From the NCBI RefSeq assembly GCF_902652985.1, contig NC_047027.1, forward strand, positions 12,028,001-12,092,000: a stretch of DNA of 64,000 bases. Direction: 5' to 3'. Under the pieces are notes generated by a model. The model searched no databases, was not told the DNA's origin, and worked only from the letters and a program-made list of their open reading frames with translations. A program made the position numbers and the translations under genes. Source of the DNA: Pecten maximus (Eukaryota). Positions 39,901-52,625 of this stretch are shown here, in pieces; position 1 is the first letter of the stretch; every line of letters begins with the position of its first letter.

Positions 39901-42900
39901 AAGGCGGAGATTATTTATTTAGAACTCAAAATCCCCCGAATAAGGGAGGATGGGAAGACGCTATTGCGTTCTGCAAATATAAATCTTTGTGGGGTTACGG
40001 ATTACTAGATATCGCTGCTCAAAATGGACACGTAGAAGTAGTGAATGTTTTGTTGGCTAAAAACATCTCATTGTTATACTTCAAGAACGGGCTAGGCCTT
40101 AATGCCGTACACTTAGCTGCCGAACATAGCCATACAGACATATTACAGAAGTTTCTGGAAATAAAAAGTTCGTTAGCTGATCAGTATTCGCTGTATTTAG
40201 CCTCAAAGAATGGTCATTTGCGATCTGTGCTGTTATTGCTAAATCATGGTGTCGAAGACGTTTGTGTTAAATGTGAAGATAGCATTCACTGGATCGCTAA
40301 CAACACAAAGAGAATGCAATGGCATCCATGTTCTAATATAACTGATAGTTATGACTGTGATCCGATATTGATTGGTAAATACAATGAGTTAGATAATGTG
40401 ACATTCGTTCTAAATGATGATACAAGATTAATAGAATGTTTAACCGCTTTAGAAGTTGCCGTTCAAGGAGGTTATACTGAAATAGTATCTTATCTACTAT
40501 CACAAAAAACCAACGCTCTACATTGTCGGGAGTATGGAGGTAGAACCCCAGTTCTAACGGCTGTAAGGTATAACCGATCTGAAATACTTGATCTAATTGT
40601 AGACAAGGGAGGAAGTTTTACGGACAAATGTGAACATTTATACAATGTCACAAATAGACACTCCCTCCGATTGTTCAATATCAACGAGAAAACGGCCCTA
40701 GATAATGGCATGTGTCCACTCGGGGCTACAATAGAACATATCATCGCAATGAATGGAAGAAAAGAAATAGCTGAACATCTGCGGTCTCAAGGCATATCTC
40801 TAAACTGGACGGTACAAGATGAATCAGGTAATACGCCGCTACACTACGCAGCTTGTAATAACGAATGGAAAATGATTCAATACATCATAAGCGTTGAAGA
40901 TAGTTATGTATATCTGACTTCGAAAAATGGATCCCTGCCGATACACTCTGCCGTTTTGTGTAATGCATTTATGTCATATGCAGTGCTACATCCGTATTAT
41001 TTAAAAATGTTAAAAACTATTAAAAAACTTGTAGACAGCGCTGGTAAGGGATTGTTTCATTACCGTGTCTTAGGTGTAGAATATAATAAGGACGTAAGAG
41101 ATACAATAGATCTGCTAACAACAGATGAATATAGACTGAACACGGCAGTAAAAGATAACAACTTAAATACTTTTCTACATGTTGCGGCTGAAATAGGAAA
41201 TCATCGGATCATTATACCTCTGTGTTTACGTTCTAATACGTCACTTTTATTAGAAGTAAATAACATGAATCAGAATGTAATAGATATTGCATTTGACAAC
41301 TTACCACACCATCAAGAGGACACATTATGTTTTAACTGTTCAGTCAGAGATCTTTTTACAAAACAACAAAATGTTATGTATGATGGCGTTTTAAGCAAGG
41401 AAGAAACGGTTATTTATAGAATATTTCAGATTTTACGAGAGAAAATATCGGATATCCAGCGATCAGTGGACTTTCGTAGGTACTATAGATTGGCCGTAAT
41501 GAAGGGTAACACATTCATCCTATATTCTATCATTATGTTCCAGCCAAGGCCTCTGGTTGTACCCGTCGATAAACAACTACTTAGGGCGTTCTTTTCTGTC
41601 GAAAAACCTGCAAAGGGTATGTTAAGTTTATTGTCGCAATTCACCTCTGACTTTTGTAACAAAACCTTTGAGGAAAGTCTTGTTCACAGAGTAATAAGGA
41701 ATGAAAATAACAGGTACTGGATTTATTTTAAATTATGTGAGGCTTTTGAAGTTTTGAACACCCGGCTTATTTCATTTTGGGAAACATGTTATGATAGAGA
41801 TGGTTACAATGTACTACATCATGCTGTGATGGGTGGGAATTATGTCGCAGTGAAGTTCTTGATAGAGAGTGGTATAACTGTACGCGGGCTTTCCTCCTCT
41901 AAAGCTATAGATCTGATTTCCCTTGGTGTGTCGCATGCAGATATCTACGTGATAGATCACCTAAAGGCACGACCATTTATGACATACAAAGTGTCCTACA
42001 TAGAAAACGGTAAACTGTCGTTTATTAAGCATTACAATGAAGATTCTTTTTACAGGCTGACAAAGAACTTTGACGAGACCTCTTCATACATTTTATCTTC
42101 AATATTGAAATGGAACAAACTAAGGTTTGCACATTTCTGTAAACGAAAGTCTAAACAGTTAAGTTTGGTACACAGGGCAGCTATAAAAGGCCATTTGTCT
42201 CTGTTAATGACCATGTATAAAGTTTTTGGTAGACGCGTTCTACAATGTGCCAATGTACATCTATTTACTCCGTTGTATTTTGCTAAAGTTTTCGATCATT
42301 CTGACGTCGTAAATTTTTTAGGAAGAAAATTAGTGGCTAACCTTCTTCCATACAAAATGGCCGAATTAGTATTTTTACAAGTGTTTGCGGCAGATGACGT
42401 TTCTGTACCAACAAATGTCCCAGCCCACGTGCACATCATAACAAAGTTAACTCATCCATATTTATATCATATGAACCCAGTGTACAAGTTATTTGTCCGG
42501 CGAACGTTCGCGCGATTGTGTTTCGATGTTGTTAAAACGTTACCGGAACTTGGTTCGGTGCTTCAGAAAAGTACATTTAATTCGGCTGATATACATGATA
42601 CTTTATCTCCCTTTTCAAATCATACATTGAAAATGTTAAACATTACCAGAGATACACCAATAAATGAAGAACCCGATTTAAGTGAAAACATGCAAATTTT
42701 AGTTAATGCGACAATGAAAAAAAGTGCAGATTTGGCATGGGCATGTCCCCAGATAGTTTGGGCCTTGAGGTACGAGGACTTTTGTGTCTGGCAAAGAAAA
42801 AAGATAAATTTTTGTATTTTGTCTGAGATTCATTCCTCACTCACCAATATTCACAAACTTTATACTTGGTTTCAGTTTTCAGTAATCAATTCGAGATCAC

Positions 42901-43202
42901 TTTCATATTTTCATACAGACAGAATTCTTCAATTATACAATCATTACATGGTAGATATGTCCTTTCAAACTATTAAGGAATTTTATGCATTTAGGAGGAA
43001 ATCATTAACTGATATGGAAAGTGATATTTTCCCACGTTATTCCAATGTATCTACGACTCACTTTCGGTCCTTGGCATATTCAATTAATGAACTTCTATTG
43101 AGTAAACAGAAATTAGTTATGATAAAGAAGTTAACGGCGTTTAATCCGAGAATAAAGTTCTGGCATAAGATCGATAAATTGCCATTTCCATTATACGAAT
43201 AA
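36926..43202 (+). CDS. Paralog B: intact 1918-aa HEPN(DUF4559/CXorf38-like)-transmembrane-NACHT/STAND NTPase-ankyrin repeat protein
   Basis: Exons 36926-37865 and 38386-43202 (AAAG|gtagg ... ttcag|GTTGT, phase 1, 5757 nt open). The N-domain FSNWL...CKQNC...CPTCVKWK...W...WP...EMVKVFAP...NCTKF...VRNALFAH follows the CXorf38 pattern. TM FAIALIISFICIIIILLNIG at 37763-37822. Walker A AEMGYGKST at 38547, Walker B YVVIDAIDEC, sensor FITTR. Ankyrin motifs include GLNAVHLAA, GRTPVLTAV, GNTPLHYAA, GYNVLHHAV and FTPLYFA. Confidence 0.9.
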
Positions 43203-43261
43203 TTCACTTGATATCAGAAAGTGTCTCAATGAGACACAATGAGACATGGTTTTATTGGAAA

Positions 43262-43585
43262 GGGTGTTATGTAGACACCAGCAGGCAGAGTTATATCAGA
43301 AAGGGTGTCACGGAGGCACAAGCAGGCAGGGTTATATGAGGAGGGGTGTCAAATAAACACCAGCAGACAGGGACATATATGGGATTAAAATAGTTATCAA
43401 TATTAGGTATTTCACGAACTATGGACATAATTTGGAGCAAAATAGGCAGGATTATATCAGAAATGATGTCAAGGAGGCACCAGGTGCCAATTTTTATATC
43501 ATAGAGGGCGTTATATATATGTATAGGATTAAAAATTATCAATATTAGTTATTTTACGAACTGACGACATAATTTGGAGCAAACG
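43262..43585. repeat. degenerate ~39-bp units plus a ~60-bp duplication just after the stop codon of B
   Basis: GTTATATCAGAAAGGGTGTCA..CACCAGCAG-like units. GGATTAAAA..TATCAATATTAG..ACATAATTTGGAGCAAA occurs at ~43381 and ~43526. Confidence 0.6.
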
Positions 43586-44670
43586 AACTGAACAAAGATA
43601 AAAAAATGTATTGATTCATATTTATTCTGCAATTTTCACAATCACTTAACATAGTGTGCGAAATAGCTACGAAATATTGTGGGGTACAAAAAGCGGAGAT
43701 AAGTCAAACACCTCTATGACAACTTGCAAAAGCGAAAAGTGTGCATAAAATACTAAAATGTTCGTTACTGAGACTGCATAACTCAATTATTTTCACAACG
43801 TGTAGGTCCATATTTGAGTTCAAAATCTACATCAACCTTAACTGATGGCTATACGAACAGATGTTGAAAAAAAACTGACTGTGGTGTTTGTATTTAATTG
43901 TTAAACAGGGGCAGTCATGTGATAATTGGATATACCTTCTTGTACCTTCAAGTTTGACCTTTTCATCAGTTCCCAATTTCCTAAAATTTTACCATCAATA
44001 CTAAACATATCATCCCAAGTACTTGCAAATGTTTTTTGGTGTACAAGAACCGGAAGTGGGTCTTTCACTTCCATAAGATATTGAAGTAGCTAAAAACAGT
44101 GCCTCAATATATGAACATTATTTGGTTTTTAAGATTGTGTAACATGAACATATCCATTGTGTGATATTTACTTACATATTTAAGCTCATGTTGGGTTTTG
44201 TTTTTTCAGAAAATCATGCTCTGAAGGATATAAGTTCATTGAACAACATCCTTCATTGTTTTGATGAAATGAACCCGTCCGATACATCTTGTAGGTAACA
44301 CAATGTGATAAAATAGACTTGACATAGACTTAGAGGGCGTTGTCAATGAAGCTGATCAATTGTTACCTTCCGAAATGCATGTTCTGGCTTGTGTACTGTT
44401 CATTGGCGTTATTATATATACTGTCACTTTTTATGTTGTTTTGAGTTCTGAGGTTTAACTCACATTTCGCTTCTCTATAGATACTATTTGTTGTTTATGA
44501 TATAACATAGGCTTTCACATGAAAATATCGTTTAGTTATTTTCATTACATTTGTAGTCCATGCACAAATATTTCATGATTTCTTAACTATTTTTTACTTA
44601 TATTTCATATATATGTTTTCTTGTAGTTATTTATGTATGTAAACAGACCACTCACCACCATATCATAAAC

Positions 44671-45700
44671 AATGTTTAGTTACTGTAATGTCTGTCTGAC
44701 GTCTGACTGATGTTTGGTTACTGTAATGTCTGTCTGACGTCTGACCAATAATTGGTTACTGTAATGTCTGTCTGACGTCTGACTGATGTTTGGTTACTGT
44801 AATGTCTGTCTGACGTCTGACCAATAATTGGTTACTGTAATGTCTGCCTGACGTCTGACTGATGTTTGGTTACTGTAATGTCTGTCTGACGCCTGACCAA
44901 TGTTTGGTTACTGTAATTTCTGTCTGACGTCTGACCAATGTTTGGTTACTGTAATGTCTGTCTCACGTCTGACCAATGTTTGGTTACTGTAATGTCTGTC
45001 TCGTGTCTGACTGATGTGTTGTTACTGTAATGTCTGTCTGACGTCTGACCAATAATTGGTTACTGTAATGTCTGTCTGACGTCTGACTGATGTTTGGTTA
45101 CTGTAATGTCTGTCTCATGTCTGACCAATGTTTGGTTACTGTAATGTCTGTCTCACGTCTGACAAATGTTTGGTTACTGTAATGTCTGTCTCACGTCTGA
45201 CTGATGTTTGGTTACTGTAATGTCTGTCTGACGTCTGACCAATGATTGGTTACTGTAATGTCTGTCTCACGTCTGACCAATGTTTGGTTTCTGTAATGTC
45301 TGTCTCACGTCTGACCAATGTTTGGTTACTGTAATGTCTGTCTCACGTCTGACCAATGTTTGGTTACTGTAATGTCTGTCTCACGTCTGACCAATGTTTG
45401 GTTACTGTAATGTCTGTCTCACGTCTGACCAATGTTTGGTTACTGTAATGTCTGTCTCACGTCTGACAAATGTTTGGTTACTGTAATGTCTGTCTCACGT
45501 CTGACCAATGTTTGGTTTCTGTAATGTCTGTCTGACGTCTGACCAATGTTTGGTTACTGTAATGTCTGTCTCACGTCTGACCAATGTTTGGTTACTGTAA
45601 TGTCTGTCTCACGTCTGACCAATGTTTGGTTACTGTAATGTCTGTCTCGTGTCTGACTGATGTTTGGTTACTGTAACCTATGCGACACGTCTGACAAATG
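44671..45700. repeat. 38-bp minisatellite, ~26 copies, downstream of paralog B
   Basis: Unit GTTACTGTAATGTCTGTCT(G/C)ACGTCTGACCAATGTTTG, period 38 (for example 45363 and 45401). Confidence 0.97.
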
Positions 45701-46769
45701 TATTCCATATGTATATAATTAACGAAGTGCAAAAATAATGTTTGACCATTGTTTAAAAAATATCCATTATTGCCTTAAATGGTTTTGTTTTCTAATACCA
45801 ATTGCATGGAAGTTTATGTTTCGTTAGCTTTACAATTTTAACTGAGCAAATGTTTGACGTCAATGTAAAAGCTGATTGTAATAAATTTAGCCGGACGAAC
45901 ATATATGTATGTATGATGCAGAGAAAATGTCAAACTTATTATGGTTGTATCGAGGACGTACACTTTGATTAAAACCGTCTGGATGTTCAATGAACCATGT
46001 CAACAGTTTAATGATTAAGCGTTATGTAACAACATGTATATTTAATGAAAGCATTGTTTTATTGCATTAAATTAATCACTTTCGATTTTCTAAATATGTT
46101 TTTTCGATTCACTGAATAAAGTTAGTTATCAAAGTTAGATGATTTTAGTCTGTTGTCTGTCTACAGTCACCTACAGAAATACAGTTAGACTGACCACCAG
46201 ACACTAGGTGTTTTGTAAGGAATTGCCAAGATAAACTATAATACTAGAGTATCTCCCCTAGTTTGAAATTCTAGAATCAGAATATCCTAGAGACCAAAAT
46301 CATAGCTCACTTAATTATTATTTCATTCATAATTTTGATATTCTAGAGACAGGAGACATGGGACCAGTCTACACTACAGTATGAAATGTGAGCGGTGATA
46401 TCTCAGACCCCTTACAGGTTATTCGTTTATAAAATTAAGATACGTTCTTTCATATGATATTTGACTTTCCTTTTAGCACCTTTTACTATAGAGTTAGGAG
46501 TACAGTAGGGCAACAAATAAATGAAACTGCATCATACAGCTATTTCGCAGCTCGTTATGGGACTTGGTTTCATAGGTTTTAGTTACACTTGCATTGTAAA
46601 CAGTTATGGCTATTGAAAGACGGTCGGCGCTGTGTGCGATATGCACGCGGTTAGTGAATTGTATGTGTGTGTATTTTGACAACGGGTGACCTAATTTATA
46701 TCATAACCTTGCACTGCCACGCTGCTTGTACTGTAACGTTGTATAGCTGTTCGTGGAGGTAGTGTGTGT

Positions 46770-46930
46770 GTGTTGTGTGTGTTAGACCGTAAATTGTCAT
46801 GTTTTGATTGGACAGGCGTCTGCGGCTGTCGTATTACTTTAAACAGAAGTCTCTCTCTCATTGACCGAGTTCCTAAACAGATCTATCGTAGGTATTTTAT
46901 ATCCAACCATTTCTGTAATATTTTGCAACT
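46770..46930 (+). promoter_or_regulatory. candidate core promoter and short non-coding first exon of paralog C
   Basis: TGATTGGACAGG at 46805, TTTAAA at 46838 and donor CGTAG|GTATT at 46892, followed by CCATTTCTGTAATATTTTGCAA, which is identical to 34845-34866. Confidence 0.55.
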
Positions 46931-49589
46931 ATGAAATGTAGAACTGATGCTAACAGTGGATATTCGTTCTACATGTACATCAACTTTACCATGCATTGAG
47001 CTAGCTTTTATTTACTCCGAAATCACAGTACCTTTCTTTAAAGCATGTTTACATAGACTCCGTATATGTCATTAGTTTATATGATTCTGTTACAAATTTA
47101 GATGAAGACCTCAAATTATCCATAACTATATTTGTTAATAAGTTATCTTTTGTCTAAATACAAGATGTCGTCACATGTCGCTCGCTGTTGCTATCTATGT
47201 ATCGTCGCGTTTTTTAGTACAACCTCAAATTGTAATACAACTTCCTGTTTAGTGGACTGTACCTGTAACAGCAGAGTGTTACGAATATCGGTGTGTATAA
47301 ATCAGGTTAATCAATACAGGTCCTTGTGTAAGTAAACAAGTTAAGGCTCGTTTTATGTAGGTCGCAGCAGTTGTCTAGACTAGAGCACCTGTAATCTCCA
47401 TTGCCTTGTCAATTTAGGTTCAAAGCCTCGAATGTTAGCCGAGTATCCGTATTTCTGTGGATTTTTTGGCTTTTGGCGATAGGCGAGGGCCTATAGCCAT
47501 ACTAGGCATAGGATCTAGTATGTACATTTGATAAGAAATGCATGCGAGTGTATGTTAAACTCTGGATAATGCATTTTGTATTTCTAATAGAAATTAATTG
47601 ATTAAAACACTGCTATATAAATGCTAGTTAGCTTCACACAATCTAGTAAGGAGGGGAACATGTCCTGTCATTTAAGTATTAGTTTACACCACGTGTTACG
47701 AAGCTATATACACCTCTCTCCGTGTATATCTATGACTGATCAATTCAGATTATTTAAAAATGTAATCGGCCTTTCTAATAAACATATTTAATTTTGAAAG
47801 TTGCAATAGAAACAAACTAAAAAATCAAATATCAAAGAAATTGAAAACTTACAAAATTATTTTCAATAGCGTCTTTTATTTATAGAAAAATGTATGTTTT
47901 TATTTCCAGCATATTTCCAAATTAACACATTTTATCGCTTCAATAGCTTCCCTATGTTTTAAAAGGGTTTCTTCCACTAAAAGCTAGATTAATCACATTG
48001 TATAATGGGGATCAGATCTTCGCTTTCACAGACAGAGAGACACAAACATATCCAAGTTTCCCAAAGCACACATACTTTTATACATGCATGCAGCTCGTAC
48101 GTAGGGGAGGCCTTCCTTGAATTACTATGGATGTTTATATTATCAGATGTTAAACATCATATGCTCACAACTGGAATAGACAAATTATTTCATATAAAAT
48201 TTAATTTGCAGTTAAACTAATTAAATTTTTGTCAGAGGAGTAGTTTATGTCCGATTTGCATTGTTTATATTATTTTTAGGTACAAAAATACTGCTTTGGG
48301 TCGACGATTCATCCATATGAAGTCAAATCAATATGTTGTCAACTATAATTTGATTTCCGTACGAATAATGTTTATTCTTTTGAATTGATAATCTGTCTTT
48401 TGCACTGCCCACTAAACAACTGCAATCAGCGACGATCACGATGGTATCTTACACCGTTCACCATGTCAAACGGGTTACATAATGTCTTTGCCTCCTGACA
48501 GGTAGATGTTTACAAGTAGTTGGCTGTGTTTTGTGCTATCAGAATTACCTTGCAGTTTTTTCACGTTTGTTCACTGAAATTTTTCAGAGAGCATTTGCCG
48601 TACAATAGAATGTCGCTCGTCGTTTAGGCCATTACTTAATGTGCCACCTCGTTAATACATATATTTGATTCAGCCTACTCAGAATGTTAATGTAAGTAAA
48701 TTACATGGTATTTTAGACTGTAACAGATGTTAGAAAGTAATGTCATTTGTTAAACATGTGACAGCGCCGACATTGTAAAAATATCGTCCACGGAAAAGTA
48801 AAGTATATAAACAATATAACGTATTAAAACTAACTGCGCCCTATATCAATCGCTTATTAGAGCCGAAAAGTATATAAAGACAAACTCTGAAATTCTTTCT
48901 TTGGTATATAATTGATTATTTGTTCACGTTGAATTTAAACGACAAAAAGATAATCTCAAAATTTCGTATGATGATAATAAGTCAAACTTTTGTAATTAAA
49001 TAAAATTATATAACAACCTGTCCATGTTTCCAGTCAAGCTGAATCACCTCGGCAATATGTCATTGTTATTCAACCGCCTCTTCGATCCGAGTGTAGAATG
49101 GAGTAAGGGAGATCATCCCTATACAAAATAGATACATGTACCATTCACAATATTAAACTACGTGGAGATCCAGCCAAATGAAAACGCACATCTTCTGGAT
49201 GAAATTTTATCTGAGCATTTGATCGCCATATCTTATCTAATATAAGTATCTAACCTAATAATTAGGGCTCCGTATTGTGTGATATGGCACTATAATACTA
49301 GGAACCGGTTTCTGATATAGCGACCTTATTTAGGCAAAATCTTGTCATTTCTACAACTTTTCTTTCTGATCCAGTTCCCTTCGCCAACGCATGCCTCAGA
49401 CCAGATATAGACCAATCCTTCCACTCCTACACAGGAAGGATAGTAAATGATTTGCTATATTTCCCATAGTGTACCCCGCCGCCCATAAGTCCTTGAAAGA
49501 CTCTATCATAACATGACAGGTCATACTAAAAACTTACATTGATGTACATTATCTTTCAAACTGTGCTTCAGAATATATTCATGTATGTA

Positions 49590-50530
49590 TAAATAAGTGT
49601 AAAAATAACATTTTGGAAAGATTATTCCAAAGCATGGTACATTTTAAATTCAAAATACAATGATTAGTTTCTTCAGAAAAACCTAATGAAAGTTCCCATT
49701 TGGTATACTACTAAAATCAAAACAGAAGGAAGAGCTATATTTTATAAGACATACTAAAAGAAAAACATTTGTATAATTAATTATTTGATAAAAAAGACTA
49801 ACATAGGTGCATTTGACACATTTGTTGAATTTATTCATAAATACAAAGTAAAAATAAATTTCTTACAATACCAGGGCCTTATCTCTGCCGTTAAATATTT
49901 TATATCGTCATATGATATACATAATCATACAATATTGTATCCACATATGCCTATTTATTTATACTTTCGCCTCAAAGATAGGAAAAGGTCAAAACATTTT
50001 TACAAAATTGTGATCAAACTTGACGTGATGCCTTCCGACACTAGAAAATGGTATTCTTTATTTGAAAACATTGGTTAACAACTTAGTACAAAATCTACAA
50101 AATGCCATTTTAGGTATCAGCAAACACAAAACTCCAATGGTTCCAGTTTAGAGGAATTCGTCATGTTATAACTACTAACTTAGAACCAAAACCAGAAAAT
50201 ATAACCCATCTATTATGGGAGTGTCGAGAAGTACACACATTACTGGATCGTCTAGATTCATTAATGGAAGCTTTGATAATCCAATTCTCTGTAAATAAAA
50301 ATAATCATCTTTCGTGCCTCCTTCATCAGAATTACGTTCCCAGTAATCGAGTAGATAACGAAATTGTCATCATTATAATGCAATACATTTACAGAATGAG
50401 ATGTGTACATAACTAACTTAATATAAACTCTCTCATAAACATAATAAAGGACAAATACATGATCCAAAAATACATTTTATTAGTAAGGTTGGAAATGCTG
50501 AACATAAATTCGAAAATGAATGGAAGAAAT
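49590..50530 (+). mobile_element. degenerate L1/Tx1-like LINE ORF2 3' fragment
   Basis: Relic peptides VPIWYTTKIK, EFIHKYKVKINFLQYQGLISAV, TKLQWFQFR and ENITHLLWEC are typical of the region after the reverse transcriptase in L1/Tx1 ORF2. Many stops. Confidence 0.7.
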
Positions 50531-51552
50531 GGGACACATATTATGGTATAGTTATAGTATTGTTCCATTTCATTATCATTATTATCATTAGTCTTCTGTT
50601 TTGATTTAAGCATCTTAATCAGTTATTTGAATGATATGTTGCTTCCTTAATTGAATATCTGTGATAGCCCTTCTCACAGCCGATTAATTTCTTGTTTTGA
50701 AAGAAAGAAAAAACAGCTTTAACTTATCTAAACTTTTTTCTCCCTATTCATTACTTCCATCCCTGTCGTTATTATCTCCCTTTCATACTAAATACAGTGT
50801 ATTCATTAGACAGTTACAGATCAAGTAATATCATTACTGAATAAGGAAAAGAAAAAAACTTTTGTTTTTCTCCTTTTTCGTATAATGTGGATAGTGCCGT
50901 TTTCTAAGTAATGTGGATGATAAAGTATGGATGTGTTTTCTATTTGTTAGATTGGATGTAATATATATATACATTATTGTATAATACAAGAATTATCTTT
51001 AAAAAAAGATAAACGGCATAGTTTAAATGCTGGTAGTTTTAATGTAAAACTGCTGGTGAAATAATACATGCAAACTAATGCGTTTCAGCACGGATAACAA
51101 AATTATATCAGTTTGAATCATGTTTGGTGATATGAAGACTGTATTTTGATCAGGAATATAATTGTATTAATGTGTCATTTGAAAACATTCATCCACTGAT
51201 TCAGCTTTGCATTCAATCTTATCTTTGGTTCGTTTGAAACTGCATATCTGCATTTTGCATCAACCGCTACATTGACCAATCACATACTTCATCTTGACCA
51301 GTAACGCCACCTGTCGTGTCATAACCAGGGCCAAAGAATATTATACGGCTATGCCGAAAAAAATGATTATATCATCAATTGATTTTATGATATAACATTA
51401 CAGTATATTGATTATAAAACGCTGATGTATTTTGTAGCACACTCAATGTATTAGATAATATGTGTGCTAATGAAATATTGAAAAGGTCCTGTCTGCAATT
51501 GACATAATATAAACTGTGTGTATATAGTGTAGTACATTAATTATAAACGTCG

Positions 51553-52625
51553 GTATGTTTTCTTGCATATTTTGTATGTGTATATGGGGTGATGTGTATA
51601 ACATTGTATGTTTTCTAGCATATTTTGTATGTGTTATGGGGAAATGAGTATAACATTGTATGTTTTCTAGCATATTTTGTATGTGTATACGGGGTGATGT
51701 GTATAACATTGTAAGTTTTCTGGCATATTTTGTATGTGTATATGGAGTGATGTGTATAACATTGTATGTTTTCTAGCAGATTCTGTATGTGTTATGGGGT
51801 GATGTGTATAGCATTGTATATTTTCTACCATATTTTGTATGTGTATATGGGATGATGTGTATAACATTGTATGTTTTCTGGCATATTTTGTATGTGTATA
51901 TGGGGTGATGTGTATAACATTGTATGTTTTCTAGCATATTTTGTATGTGTATATGGGGTGATGTGTATAACATTGTATGTTTTCTAGCATATTTTGTATG
52001 TGTATATGGGGTGATGTGTATAACATTGTATGTGTTCTGGCATATTTTGTATGTGTATATGGGGTGATGTATATAACATTGTATGTTTTCTAGCATATTT
52101 TGTATGTGTATATGGGTAATGTGTATAACATTGTATGTTTTCTAGCATATTTTGTATGTGTATATGGGGTGATGTATATAACATTGTATGTTTTCTAGCA
52201 TATTTTGTATGTGTATATGGGGTGATGTGTATAACATTGTATGTTTTCTAGCATATTTTGTATGCGTGTATGGGGTGATGTGTATAACATTGTATGTGTT
52301 CTGGCATATTTTGTATGTGTATATGGGGTGATGTATATAACATTGTATATTTTCTGGCATATTTTGCATGCGTATATTGGGTGATGTGTATAACATTGTA
52401 TGTTTTCTAGCATATTTTGTATGTGTATATGGGATGATGTGTATAACATTGTATGTGTTCTGGCATATTTTGTATGTGTATATGGGATGATGTGTATAAC
52501 ATTGTATGCTTTCTAGCATATTTTGTATGTGTATATGATGGTAATGTGTATAACATTGTATATTTTCTAGCATATTTTGTATGTGTATATGGGATGATGT
52601 GTATAACAGTGTATGTTTTCTGGCA
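51553..52625. repeat. 53-bp minisatellite, ~20 copies
   Basis: Unit TGTATGTTTTCTAGCATATTTTGTATGTGTATATGGGGTGATGTGTATAACAT, period 53 (51921 and 51974). Confidence 0.97.

Noticed and set aside
38386-43202. Naming the gene TANC1/2, rolling pebbles or CXorf38
   Set aside because: It shares only domain types. There is no TPR region, and the HEPN-TM N-terminus and single giant exon argue against orthology.
44671-45700. 38-bp arrays (also 61761-63148) as CRISPR or guide arrays for the HEPN proteins
   Set aside because: They are pure head-to-tail repeats with only point variants and no spacer content.
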